From Clostridia bacterium (GTDB lineage: Bacteria > Bacillota > Clostridia > RUG12999): a stretch of DNA of 64,000 nucleotides. The translations under genes and the position numbers were made by a program. This document shows, in pieces, positions 30,805 to 40,434 of the stretch. Positions within the stretch are counted from its first letter, which is position 1; every line of letters begins with the position of its first letter. Location of the stretch: contig JAZQYO010000024.1 in assembly GCA_045633565.1 (NCBI GenBank), positions 1,395 to 65,394 on the forward strand, in the 5' to 3' direction. Under the pieces are notes generated by a model, which saw only the letters and a list, made by a program, of their open reading frames with translations, did not search any database and was not told the DNA's origin.

Positions 30805-32994
30805 TTGACTAATATATCTCAGGAATTTATTTCCGACACTCTTGAAAAAAACTATATGCCCTACGCAATGAGCGTTATTATTTCCCGTGCAATCCCCGAG
30901 ATTGACGGATTTAAACCCTCCCACAGAAAGCTCCTTTACACAATGTACAAAATGGGGCTACTTAGCGGCAATAGAACAAAGTCCGCTAATATAGTGGGTT
31001 CTACAATGAAATTAAACCCTCATGGTGACGCCGCAATTTACGAAACAATGGTGAGACTTACAAGAGGTAATGAAGCTCTGCTTCATCCGCTTGTGGACTC
31101 AAAAGGTAACTTTGGTAAGCATTATTCGAGAAATATGTCCTATGCGGCTTCAAGATATACCGAGGCAAAGCTGGATAATATTTCCCAGGAAATTTTTAAA
31201 GATATTAACAAAAACGTTGTAGATTTTACAGACAACTACGACGGCACTATGAAAGAGCCTGTGCTTCTCCCCACCACATTCCCCAATATTTTAGTTAACC
31301 CCAACCAGGGTATTGCGGTTGGTATGGCGAGTAACATCTGCAGCTTTAATCTGCGTGAAATAAACTCGGCCACAATTGCATTTTTAAAAAATGAAAAATG
31401 CGATATTTCAGAGCATGTCACAGCTCCCGATTTTCCGACAGGCGGCTCAATCGTTTATGATAAAGCGCAGATGGATGCTATACTCGAGACGGGCAGAGGC
31501 TCATTTAAAATTCGTGCAAAATACCGTTTTGACAAACAAAACTCCTGTATTGAAATTTATGAAATCCCTTACACTACCTGTATTGAAGCCATTATTGACA
31601 AAATTGTCGAATGTGTAAAGGCAGGAAAGCTTAAAGAAATTTCCGACATCCGTGACGAATCGGACAAGTCAGGTCTTAAAATCACAATTGATATTAAAAA
31701 GTCCTGTGACCCCGACCAGCTTATGAGCCGTCTTTACAAAATGACTCCGCTTCAGGATTCTTTCGGCTGTAACTTTAACGTACTTTTAAATGGTATGCCT
31801 TATGTTTTAGGTGTAAAGGACATAATTAAAAACTGGTGTAACTTCCGTATAGAATGTGTGTCCCGCTGCCTTAAGTTTGACATTAAGGAAAAAAGTGACA
31901 AACTTCATCTTCTTGAAGGTCTTAAGAAAATTCTTCTTGACATTGACAAGGCAATTGCAATCATTCGTGGCACCGAAGAAGATGCTATGGTTGTTCCCCG
32001 TCTTATGGAGGGTTTTGGTATTGACGAAATCCAGGCGGAATATGTCGCAAACATCAAGCTGCGCAATCTCAATAAAGAGTATATTTTAAAAGGACTCGGC
32101 GATGTTGACCGCCTTAAAGATGAAATTGCCCAGATGCAGGATATTCTTGAAAATGAAAAGAAAATCAAGAAAATCATTATTAAAGAGCTTGAGGACATTT
32201 CTAAAAAATATGGTGTCGACAGGAAAAGTGATGTTATTTATGAAGACGACCTTCCCCAAGCGGCAGAAACTGTTCAGATTGATGATTACAACCTTAAGGT
32301 TTTCTTAACCCGTGACGGATATTTCAAGAAAATTTCGCTTATTTCGCTTCGTGGTGCAGATGTACAGAAGCTTAAGCCTGAAGACGAAATTATCTCCGAA
32401 ATCGAAACCACCAACAGTAAGGATATTTTATTCTTTACTGACAAATGTGATGTTTATAAAGCGCATCTTTATGATTTGCCGGATGGTTGCAAGGCAAGTA
32501 TGATGGGCGAATATCTGCCCAACCTACTTAGCATGTCAGAGGGCGAACAGGTACTCTTTATGGCTGTCACCTCCGATTACACCGGATTTTTACTCTTTGC
32601 ATTTGAAAACGGCAAGGTTGCCAAGGTTGATATGAAAAGCTACGAAACCAAGACCAACCGTAAAAAGCTCACTGCGGCTTTTTATGCAAAATCGCCGGCT
32701 GTGGGTATGCTTCACCTCGCTGAAGATACAGATTTCATTTTAGAAAGTAAGGGTGGCAGATATCTGGCTGTTAATTCGTCCAACATCATGCTTAAATCCA
32801 AGCGTGACACCCAGGGCGTTCAGGTTTACCTTTCCAAGCGCGACAAGCTTGTAAAGAAAATTATGACTGTTTCCCAATCGGGGCTTGAAAATATTAAACC
32901 CTATTACTCTTCAAGTATTCCTTCCTCCGGCAGGTCGCTGAAGGATGATGATAAGCCGTTTGTGCAGATAGGACTGTTTGGTAATGACGATTAA
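30805..32994 (+). CDS. parC: type IIA topoisomerase A subunit (topoisomerase IV ParC-like)
   Basis: 729 aa. MSVIISRAIPEIDGFKPSHRKLLYTMY with active-site Tyr region. Shortened C-terminal domain typical of ParC. Confidence 0.8.
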   Translation: MTNISQEFISDTLEKNYMPYAMSVIISRAIPEIDGFKPSHRKLLYTMYKMGLLSGNRTKSANIVGSTMKLNPHGDAAIYETMVRLTRGNEALLHPLVDSKGNFGKHYSRNMSYAASRYTEAKLDNISQEIFKDINKNVVDFTDNYDGTMKEPVLLPTTFPNILVNPNQGIAVGMASNICSFNLREINSATIAFLKNEKCDISEHVTAPDFPTGGSIVYDKAQMDAILETGRGSFKIRAKYRFDKQNSCIEIYEIPYTTCIEAIIDKIVECVKAGKLKEISDIRDESDKSGLKITIDIKKSCDPDQLMSRLYKMTPLQDSFGCNFNVLLNGMPYVLGVKDIIKNWCNFRIECVSRCLKFDIKEKSDKLHLLEGLKKILLDIDKAIAIIRGTEEDAMVVPRLMEGFGIDEIQAEYVANIKLRNLNKEYILKGLGDVDRLKDEIAQMQDILENEKKIKKIIIKELEDISKKYGVDRKSDVIYEDDLPQAAETVQIDDYNLKVFLTRDGYFKKISLISLRGADVQKLKPEDEIISEIETTNSKDILFFTDKCDVYKAHLYDLPDGCKASMMGEYLPNLLSMSEGEQVLFMAVTSDYTGFLLFAFENGKVAKVDMKSYETKTNRKKLTAAFYAKSPAVGMLHLAEDTDFILESKGGRYLAVNSSNIMLKSKRDTQGVQVYLSKRDKLVKKIMTVSQSGLENIKPYYSSSIPSSGRSLKDDDKPFVQIGLFGNDD

Positions 32995-33835
32995 TTTAAC
33001 TGATATAACCTATATTCGGGGGCTGATGAAAAGCTTTGACAAAAACTTTTCAAAGTCTCTCGGGCAGAATTTCCTCATAAACAGCGGCGTGCTTGATGAA
33101 ATTGTGTCTGCTGCCGGAATTGATAATGACAGCTATGTGCTTGAAATCGGTCCGGGAATTGGAACTCTTACCCGTGTTCTCTCTGACCACGCAAAAAAAG
33201 TGGTAAGCGTGGAAATTGATGACAAGCTTATTCCGGTGCTTAATTACACATTATCTGATAAAGACAATGTAACTGTCATAAACAGTGATATTTTAAAGAC
33301 AGATATCCCGGCACTTATAGCAGAGCATTTTGAGGGTAAAAAGGTAAAACTTGTGGCAAATCTGCCCTACTATATCACAACCCCCATAATTCTCGAGCTT
33401 ATAAAACACCGTGATTGCTTTTCATCTCTTACCGTAATGGTACAAAAAGAGGTTGCTGAAAGAATGGCGGCAAAAGAGGGCAGCCGCGATTTTGGCTCAC
33501 TTTCCGTTCATGTTCAGTATTATACCTCGCCGGAGATAAAATTTATTGTCCCTCCGGACGATTTTGTGCCCGCACCAAAGGTTTCCTCGGCAGTAATCCG
33601 GCTTGATATTTTAGATGAGCCGTCAGTTACGCCAAAAGACGAAAAAGTCTTTTTCCGTGTTGTCCGTGGCGCATTTGCACTTCGCCGCAAAACACTCGTC
33701 AACAGCCTTGCCTCTGCGAGTTTTGCAAAAGAAAAAACTCTTGCGGCACTATCTGAAATGGGTATTGATGCAAATATCCGGGGTGAAAAATTGTCCCTCA
33801 CGCAGTTTGCACAGTTGTCTGACCTTTTAATGTAA
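32978..33835 (+). CDS. rsmA: 16S rRNA (adenine1518/1519-N6)-dimethyltransferase
   Basis: 285 aa. SLGQNFLINSGVLDEIV and LEIGPGIGTLT SAM motif. Confidence 0.9.
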   Translation: MVMTINLTDITYIRGLMKSFDKNFSKSLGQNFLINSGVLDEIVSAAGIDNDSYVLEIGPGIGTLTRVLSDHAKKVVSVEIDDKLIPVLNYTLSDKDNVTVINSDILKTDIPALIAEHFEGKKVKLVANLPYYITTPIILELIKHRDCFSSLTVMVQKEVAERMAAKEGSRDFGSLSVHVQYYTSPEIKFIVPPDDFVPAPKVSSAVIRLDILDEPSVTPKDEKVFFRVVRGAFALRRKTLVNSLASASFAKEKTLAALSEMGIDANIRGEKLSLTQFAQLSDLLM

Positions 33836-33851
33836 AATTTTTCCTAAAACT

Positions 33852-33894
33852 ATTGCAATTTTGTTGTACTTTGTGGTATAATATAGATTGCAAT
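33852..33894 (+). promoter_or_regulatory. pck promoter (TTGCAA-17-TATAAT) bracketed by two ATTGCAAT palindromic octamers
   Basis: ATTGCAAT at 33852–33859 (containing the -35) and at 33887–33894 (+5 to +12). -10 at 33877–33882. Confidence 0.4.
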
Positions 33895-33932
33895 ATTTTT
33901 TTGTTCAAAATCAGTAAAGGAGATATAGAATT

Positions 33933-35705
33933 ATGACTAACAACAAAAAAGTCATCACATGGCTTGAAGAAATGAAAGCCCTGACAAAACCTGACAGTGT
34001 CGTTTGGATTGACGGCTCAGAAGAGCAGCTGGAAGCACTCCGTGCTGAATCCGTTGCAACAGGCGAAATGATTAAGCTTAACCAGGAAAAACTCCCCGGC
34101 TGCTACTTCCACAGAACAGCGGTTAACGACGTTGCCCGTGTTGAAGACAGAACTTTCATCTGCACAACAAAAAAAGAAGATGCAGGCCCCAATAACAACT
34201 GGATGGCACCTGCTGAAATGTACGACAAATTAAAGAAACTTTATGACGGCTCAATGAAGGGCAGAACAATGTATGTTATTCCCTATTCAATGGGTCCTGT
34301 CGGCTCACCTTTCTCAAAAATTGGTATTGAGCTTACAGACAGCATCTACGTTGTTTTAAACATGGCTATCATGACAAGAATCGGTACTCCTGTTATGGAA
34401 GCTCTTGGCGAAGATGGTGATTTCGTTAAATGTCTCCACTCCAAAAAAGACGTTAATCCCGACGAAAGATATATCGTTCACTTCCCCGAAGATAACGCAA
34501 TCTGGTCCATCAACTCCGCTTACGGCGGTAACGTTCTTTTAGGCAAAAAATGTTTCGCTCTCAGAATTGCTTCCTATCTTGGTAAACAGGAAGGCTGGAT
34601 GGCAGAACACATGCTCATCTTAGGACTTGAAAATCCTCAGGGCGAAGTTAAATACATCGCAGCTGCTTTCCCGAGTGCCTGCGGTAAAACAAACCTCGCT
34701 ATGCTTATCCCGCCTGAAATCCTCAAAGGTTACAAGGTTTGGACAGTTGGTGACGATATTGCATGGCTGAGAATTAACCCCAAAGACGGCAGACTTTATG
34801 CTATCAACCCCGAAGCAGGCTTCTTTGGCGTTGCTCCCGGTACAAATGCAAAAACCAACTTCAATGCCCTTGAATCAACAAAGAAAAACACAATTTTCAC
34901 AAACGTTGCTATCAACAATGATGATATGACAGTTTGGTGGGAGGGTCTTGATAAGAATCCTCCGGAAAATGCAACCGAGTGGACAGGTAAACAGGTTAAC
35001 GGTAAAGAATTTGTGGCTGAAGGTGGCAAACTTGCTAACCCCAACTCCAGATTTACTGCTCCTGCTATCAACTGCCCATGCATTTCTCCCGAATTTGAAA
35101 ATCCTCAGGGCGTGCCCATTTCTGCAATCGTATTCGGCGGCAGACGTGCTAAAACAGCTCCGCTGGTATACCAGGCAAGAGACTGGGAACACGGCGTTTT
35201 CGTTGGTGCTACAATGGCATCTGAAACAACAGCTGCTGCTGCAGGTGCAGTAGGCGTTGTAAGACGTGACCCTATGGCTATGAAACCCTTCGTTGGTTAT
35301 AACATGGCTGACTATTTTGGTCACTGGTTTGAAATGGGCAAGAAAATGGATGCAGATAAAGCTCCTAAAATCTTCCACGTTAACTGGTTCAGACGTGACG
35401 ATGACGACAACTTCCTCTGGCCCGGTTTTGGCGACAATATGCGTGTTCTCAACTGGATTATTGACAGATGTGAAGGCAAAGTTGACGCAAAAGAAACAGC
35501 TATCGGCTATGTTCCCAACAAGGAAGACTTAAACCTTGAAGGTCTTGACATTTCTGACGAAGTTATCGACGAACTTTTAAGCGTTAAGAAAGAATACTGG
35601 GTTGACGATATCGCTAACCAGAAAGAATTCTTCGCTCAGTTTGGCGACAGACTCCCGAAAGAAATCACTTCTCAGCTGGAAAAACTTGAAAACAGCATGA
35701 AGTAA
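33933..35705 (+). CDS. pck: phosphoenolpyruvate carboxykinase (GTP)
   Basis: 590 aa. Length and motifs of GTP-type PEPCK (kinase-1a CGKTN, FGGRR, NWFRRD). Confidence 0.92.
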   Translation: MTNNKKVITWLEEMKALTKPDSVVWIDGSEEQLEALRAESVATGEMIKLNQEKLPGCYFHRTAVNDVARVEDRTFICTTKKEDAGPNNNWMAPAEMYDKLKKLYDGSMKGRTMYVIPYSMGPVGSPFSKIGIELTDSIYVVLNMAIMTRIGTPVMEALGEDGDFVKCLHSKKDVNPDERYIVHFPEDNAIWSINSAYGGNVLLGKKCFALRIASYLGKQEGWMAEHMLILGLENPQGEVKYIAAAFPSACGKTNLAMLIPPEILKGYKVWTVGDDIAWLRINPKDGRLYAINPEAGFFGVAPGTNAKTNFNALESTKKNTIFTNVAINNDDMTVWWEGLDKNPPENATEWTGKQVNGKEFVAEGGKLANPNSRFTAPAINCPCISPEFENPQGVPISAIVFGGRRAKTAPLVYQARDWEHGVFVGATMASETTAAAAGAVGVVRRDPMAMKPFVGYNMADYFGHWFEMGKKMDADKAPKIFHVNWFRRDDDDNFLWPGFGDNMRVLNWIIDRCEGKVDAKETAIGYVPNKEDLNLEGLDISDEVIDELLSVKKEYWVDDIANQKEFFAQFGDRLPKEITSQLEKLENSMK

Positions 35706-35757
35706 GAACCCGACCCATTAACGCAATCAAAGATTGCTATGGGACCCCGGAACCTTG
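35705..35757 (+). repeat. 53-nt intergenic repeat element, copy B (starts on the last base of the pck stop codon)
   Basis: AGAACCCGACCC-ATTAA-CGCAATCAAAGATT-GCTATGGGACC-CCGGAACCTTG. The internal GCAATC-AAA-GATTGC hairpin is conserved in copy A as a G-U variant. Confidence 0.7.
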
Positions 35758-35785
35758 CTTGCTGACGCAAGAAGAAAAAAATTTA

Positions 35786-35826
35786 AAAGGATGAAGATGA
35801 CACTGTCAGCTTCATCCTTTTTCTTC
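35786..35826 (+). terminator. rho-independent terminator after pck and repeat B
   Basis: aaaaggatgaag-atgacactgtcagc-ttcatcctttttcttc. Confidence 0.8.
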
Positions 35827-35904
35827 TATTGACTTGCTTTAATTTTTGATATATAATTGAAATCGGAGTAATGTATACTTTATATATAAACGGAGGGACA
35901 AAAA

Positions 35905-36954
35905 ATGTCACTTTTCTCAGGGGCAACTCTTCTTATTACCGGAGGAACCGGTTCATTCGGAAATGCAGTACTTGAAAGATTTTTAAAAACAGATATAGGC
36001 GAAATCCGCATTTTCTCAAGAGATGAGAAAAAGCAGGATGATATGCGCCATGAGTTTCAGGTTAAGATGCCCCAGGTGGCTGATAAAATTAAGTTTTTCA
36101 TTGGCGACGTCCGTGACCTTGCAAGTGTTAAAAACGCAATGCACGGCGTAGATTACATATTCCATGCCGCTGCTTTAAAGCAGGTTCCTTCCTGTGAATT
36201 TTTCCCCATTGAAGCTGTAAAAACCAACGTTTTTGGAACAGAAAACGTACTGACTGCAGCTATTGAAGAAGGTGTAAAAACAGTAATCTGCCTTTCGACA
36301 GACAAGGCTGCTTATCCTGTAAATGCAATGGGTACAAGCAAAGCTATGATGGAAAAGGTCACAGTTGCAAAATCCCGTACAGTAAGTCCCGATAAAACTA
36401 AAATTTGTTGTACCCGCTACGGCAATGTAATGTGCAGCCGTGGCAGTGTTATCCCCCTTTGGATTGACCAGATAAAAAGCGGCAAACCCATTACCATTAC
36501 AGACCCCAATATGACAAGGTTTATTATGTCTCTTGACCAGGCAGTTGACCTTGTGCTTTTTGCTTTTGAAAATGGCATAAGTGGCGACGTGCTTGTTCAG
36601 AAAGCACCCGCTTGCACAATCGGCGTTCTTGCTCAGGCCGTTAAAGAGCTTTTCTGCTCTGAGCAGGAAATAAAAATTATTGGTATTCGTCACGGCGAAA
36701 AACTGTATGAAACGCTACTTACAAACGAAGAATGTGCCTGTGCAGTCGATATGGGTGAATTTTATCGTGTTCCCTGCGACAAGCGTGACCTGAACTATGA
36801 CAAATATTATAACGAAGGAAATGTTGAACGCAACCCTCTGACAGAGTTTAATTCAACAAATACGACGCTTTTAACTGTCGAGGAGGTTAAGGAAAAACTC
36901 CTTGCTCTTGATTATATACAAAATGAACTTAAGGCTTTTAAAGAATCCCGCTGA
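35905..36954 (+). CDS. fnlA: UDP-N-acetylglucosamine 4,6-dehydratase/5-epimerase (FnlA/CapE-type, CapD family)
   Basis: 349 aa. LLITGGTGSFGNAV Rossmann motif. Roughly 345-aa soluble CapE/FnlA-like architecture. Confidence 0.8.
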   Translation: MSLFSGATLLITGGTGSFGNAVLERFLKTDIGEIRIFSRDEKKQDDMRHEFQVKMPQVADKIKFFIGDVRDLASVKNAMHGVDYIFHAAALKQVPSCEFFPIEAVKTNVFGTENVLTAAIEEGVKTVICLSTDKAAYPVNAMGTSKAMMEKVTVAKSRTVSPDKTKICCTRYGNVMCSRGSVIPLWIDQIKSGKPITITDPNMTRFIMSLDQAVDLVLFAFENGISGDVLVQKAPACTIGVLAQAVKELFCSEQEIKIIGIRHGEKLYETLLTNEECACAVDMGEFYRVPCDKRDLNYDKYYNEGNVERNPLTEFNSTNTTLLTVEEVKEKLLALDYIQNELKAFKESR

Positions 36955-36966
36955 CGAGGTGAGATT

Positions 36967-38166
36967 ATGAAAATTCTTATTACCGGTTCTGACGGATTTG
37001 TAGGGAAAAATCTGTCCGCTGCTCTTGAGAATATAAAAAGCGGCAAAAACAGATGCCACCCACAACTTAACATTGAAGAAATATACTTATACGATATCGG
37101 CTCCTCGGAGGAGGAGCTTGATTTTGCTTGCAAAAATGCAGACTTTGTTTTCAATCTTGCCGGCGTTAACAGACCCCAATCACAGCAAGAGTTTATGCAG
37201 GGCAATTTTGGATTTGCCTCTATCCTGCTTGAAACCTTGAAAAAGCATAACAACGCCTGTCCCGTAATGCTGTCCAGCTCCATTCAGGCAACACTTATTG
37301 GAAGATATGCTGATGGCGAGTATGGAAAAAGCAAAAAAGCCGGCGAAGACCTGTTCTTCAAATATGCGGAGGAAACAGGTGCAAAAGTGCTTGTTTACCG
37401 TTTCCCAAACCTGTTTGGTAAATGGTGTCGTCCCAATTACAATTCAGTTGTAGCCACCTTCTGTCATAACATTGCAACAGGCCTCCCAATTCAGATTAAC
37501 GACAGGGCAACCCGCCTTGAGCTTTTATACATAGACGACCTGATAGACGAAATGATTTGCGCCCTTAAAGGAAGCGAGCATCGCTGCGAATTTGACGGTG
37601 TAAATACTGTTTTAACAGACTCCGGCAAATTCTGCGTGGCTCCTGTTACTCACCATGTAACCTTAGGCGAAATGGCCCATTTGCTCGAAACTTTTGCAAA
37701 TCAGCCAGAATCACTTATTATGCCGGAAATTCCGGACGGAAGCTTTGCTAAAAAGCTTTATTCCACCTATCTTTCCTACCTACCGGCAGAAAAGGTCTGT
37801 TTCCCGCTTAAAATGAACACTGACGACCGTGGAAGCTTTACCGAGCTTTTAAAAACCGAAAAATGCGGTCAGTTCAGCGTAAACATTTCAAAACCGGGCA
37901 TCACAAAAGGTCAGCATTGGCATGACACCAAATGGGAATTTTTCATTGTCGTATCCGGTCATGGACTTATCCGTCAACGAAAAATCGGCAGCAATGAAAT
38001 AATAGAATTTGAAGTAACCGGCGACGAGATAAAAGCAGTTCATATGCTGCCGGGGTACACCCATAACATTATAAATCTGTCGGACAGTGAAAATCTTGTG
38101 ACTGTTATGTGGGCTAACGAAAATTTTGACCCAAATCACCCCGACACTTACTTTGAAAAGGTATAA
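36967..38166 (+). CDS. fnlB: CapF/FnlB-like bifunctional SDR reductase with C-terminal cupin (UDP-2-acetamido-2,6-dideoxy-hexulose reductase/epimerase)
   Basis: 399 aa. MKILITGSDGFVGKNL SDR N-terminus plus a C-terminal cupin-like domain. The two-domain architecture matches CapF. Confidence 0.65.
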   Translation: MKILITGSDGFVGKNLSAALENIKSGKNRCHPQLNIEEIYLYDIGSSEEELDFACKNADFVFNLAGVNRPQSQQEFMQGNFGFASILLETLKKHNNACPVMLSSSIQATLIGRYADGEYGKSKKAGEDLFFKYAEETGAKVLVYRFPNLFGKWCRPNYNSVVATFCHNIATGLPIQINDRATRLELLYIDDLIDEMICALKGSEHRCEFDGVNTVLTDSGKFCVAPVTHHVTLGEMAHLLETFANQPESLIMPEIPDGSFAKKLYSTYLSYLPAEKVCFPLKMNTDDRGSFTELLKTEKCGQFSVNISKPGITKGQHWHDTKWEFFIVVSGHGLIRQRKIGSNEIIEFEVTGDEIKAVHMLPGYTHNIINLSDSENLVTVMWANENFDPNHPDTYFEKV

Positions 38167-38169
38167 AAT

Positions 38170-39018
38170 ATGAAAACAGGATTAATACTCGAAGGCGGTG
38201 CAATGCGTGGACTTTTCACCGCTGGCGTTATGGATGTTTTAATGGAAAATGGCATCACTTTTGACGGACTTATCGGCGTATCTGCCGGGGCAGCTTTTGG
38301 TTGCAATTACAAGTCCGGACAGATTGGCAGAGTGCTCCGGTACAACACCAAATATTGTAAAGACCCTCGTTACTGCAGCTTCAGTTCGCTTATCAAAACA
38401 GGACACCTTTTCGGCAAAGACTTTTGTTACCGTCAGCTTCCCGAAGAGCTTGACATCTTTGACAGTAAAGCTTTTGAAGAAAATCCAATGGAATTTTATG
38501 TGGTTTGCACAGACGTAATGACCGGCAAACCCGTTTATAAAAGAGTTGACCGAGTGGATAAGAACTGCTATGAGTGGTTTTGTGCGTCAGCTTCAATGCC
38601 TCTTGTTTCCCGTATTACAGAAATTGACGGGTTTATGCTATTAGATGGTGGAATTTCAGATTCAGTGCCGCTGAAGTTTTTTGAAAGTATTGGATATGAC
38701 AGAAATATTGTTGTGCTTACACAGCCACTTGGATATGAGAAAAAGAAGAACAATCTTCTTCCCATCATAAAACTTATTATGAGAAAATATCCCAAAATGG
38801 TGGACGCAATGGCACACCGTCACCAGATGTATAACAGCACCACAGAATATATCGTCCAAAAAGAAAAGCTGGGTGAAATAATAGTCATTCGTCCACCCGA
38901 GGCACTTCCCGTAGGCAGAATTGAAAAAGACCCCGAAAAGCTTTGTGAGGCTTATGACCTCGGCAGAGCAGAAGCAGAAAAAAATATTGATAAAATTAAA
39001 GAGTTTTTAACAAAGTAA
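38170..39018 (+). CDS. patatin-like phospholipase
   Basis: 282 aa. LEGGAMRGLFTAGVMD oxyanion motif and GVSAG nucleophile motif. Confidence 0.85.
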   Translation: MKTGLILEGGAMRGLFTAGVMDVLMENGITFDGLIGVSAGAAFGCNYKSGQIGRVLRYNTKYCKDPRYCSFSSLIKTGHLFGKDFCYRQLPEELDIFDSKAFEENPMEFYVVCTDVMTGKPVYKRVDRVDKNCYEWFCASASMPLVSRITEIDGFMLLDGGISDSVPLKFFESIGYDRNIVVLTQPLGYEKKKNNLLPIIKLIMRKYPKMVDAMAHRHQMYNSTTEYIVQKEKLGEIIVIRPPEALPVGRIEKDPEKLCEAYDLGRAEAEKNIDKIKEFLTK

Positions 39019-39042
39019 GAGCCGCCCGATGGGCGGCTCTTT
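39017..39042. terminator. bidirectional intrinsic terminator
   Basis: aagagccgccc-gat-gggcggctcttt. Confidence 0.7.
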
Positions 39043-39047
39043 GGGTT

Positions 39048-39914
39048 TTATATAAGTTCACGCTCTATGAGGTCTATTGTTATTCCTACATTAAGATTCA
39101 TTGCGTCAATGGGGTAAATTTCTTTTATATATCCGTGGTAGAATTTATCCTTAATAGCCTGACGTATTTCTCCTTTATCATTGCCGCCCTTCAGCATTTT
39201 TACAATCATATCCGCTGTTGCGACAGCACTTTCTTTTGCCTTTTTAAGGTAAAGCTCTGCTTGTTCTTTGCCTATCAAACCATAGTGAGGCACTAAAACG
39301 TTTTCTATATCAAGTGCCGACACTCTGTCTATAGAATCAAGCGACATCTGATAACCTACAAGATAGGACGGGAAAACATCATCCTTCCCGTTATAAACTC
39401 CGATAGATTCACACCCTAATAGCAGTTTATGCTGTTGGCAGTAAAAGCCCACCGAGCATTTTGTATGCCCGGGCAGACTTAAGGCGATAAATTCCATGTC
39501 ACCGGCTTTAATTTTGTCCCCGTCTGCTACCGGAATGTCAACCTTTAAATTGTCAATCAAATCCTCATATTCTTCTATACCGCAGGTTTTTGCAAACTTT
39601 CCGTCAAGCTCGCGCATAACAGCTTTTGCAGTAGGTTTGGCAAAAATTTTCGCCGCATACTCTCCTGCTACCACTTTGGCATCCGGCCAGTATTTCAGCG
39701 CATACACAGAACCAAACGCATGGTCATAATGTGAGTGGGTAAGAAAAATATAATCAAGTTTTCTGTCACCCAACTCTTTTTTACTTTTATCTGCAACCTT
39801 ATATCCTGTAAATCCAAATCCCGAATCATAAAGTATGGCGGTTTTGCCGTCATCAATCAAAAATCCGCTGTCGCCCGGATGTTCACGAACACTTGTTATT
39901 TTAATCTCATTCAT
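39048..39914 (-). CDS. MBL-fold metallo-hydrolase
   Basis: 288 aa. IFLTHSHYDHAFGS (HxHxDH) motif. Confidence 0.8.
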   Translation of the reverse strand: MNEIKITSVREHPGDSGFLIDDGKTAILYDSGFGFTGYKVADKSKKELGDRKLDYIFLTHSHYDHAFGSVYALKYWPDAKVVAGEYAAKIFAKPTAKAVMRELDGKFAKTCGIEEYEDLIDNLKVDIPVADGDKIKAGDMEFIALSLPGHTKCSVGFYCQQHKLLLGCESIGVYNGKDDVFPSYLVGYQMSLDSIDRVSALDIENVLVPHYGLIGKEQAELYLKKAKESAVATADMIVKMLKGGNDKGEIRQAIKDKFYHGYIKEIYPIDAMNLNVGITIDLIERELI

Positions 39915-39916
39915 TG

Positions 39917-40216
39917 TTAATCCTCCACATCAAAACATGCTCTCGTCTGGGTAAATGGCCTTACTTTTGTATCGGCAACTTTTACGTGTTCGGGATGCAC
40001 CGAATAGCCTTTAAGTGCTTCCTCCGATTCAAAAACAGACCAGAGCATCACATCCACATTTGAGGATTCTAAGTTTTCTGTATAAACCTTTATTTCAAGT
40101 AGGCCCGGAATTTTGCCCGAAAGGCTCTCAAGCCCCTCTTTAATACCCTTTTTCACATCCGTATTGTTATATTCCTCTTTTAATTTCCAGAGAATAATAT
40201 GTCTTACCATAACCAT
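39917..40216 (-). CDS. Dabb family stress-responsive alpha/beta-barrel protein
   Basis: 99 aa. MVMVRHIILWKLKEE...LWSVFESEEALKGYSVHPEHV. Confidence 0.75.
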   Translation of the reverse strand: MVMVRHIILWKLKEEYNNTDVKKGIKEGLESLSGKIPGLLEIKVYTENLESSNVDVMLWSVFESEEALKGYSVHPEHVKVADTKVRPFTQTRACFDVED

Positions 40217-40434
40217 CTTCCTTTCTGTGTACCCTAATCAATTGTAGAATCAGTAAGCGATTTAAATTCTTAATTCATTGAGTGAATCTACCAATGTTTA
40301 TATATATTATACAATAATTCTCCCCTATTTGTAAACAACCAAATATCTAAAGTTAGAAAATCGAATTTTATTCGTTGTACAATCTGTTGAAATGTTGTAG
40401 AAATTTGTATATAATATACTTTGAGGTGATTAAA

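Noticed and set aside
36175-36693. 172-aa minus-strand ORF inside fnlA
   Set aside because: Fully embedded antisense in a well-supported CDS. No start context.
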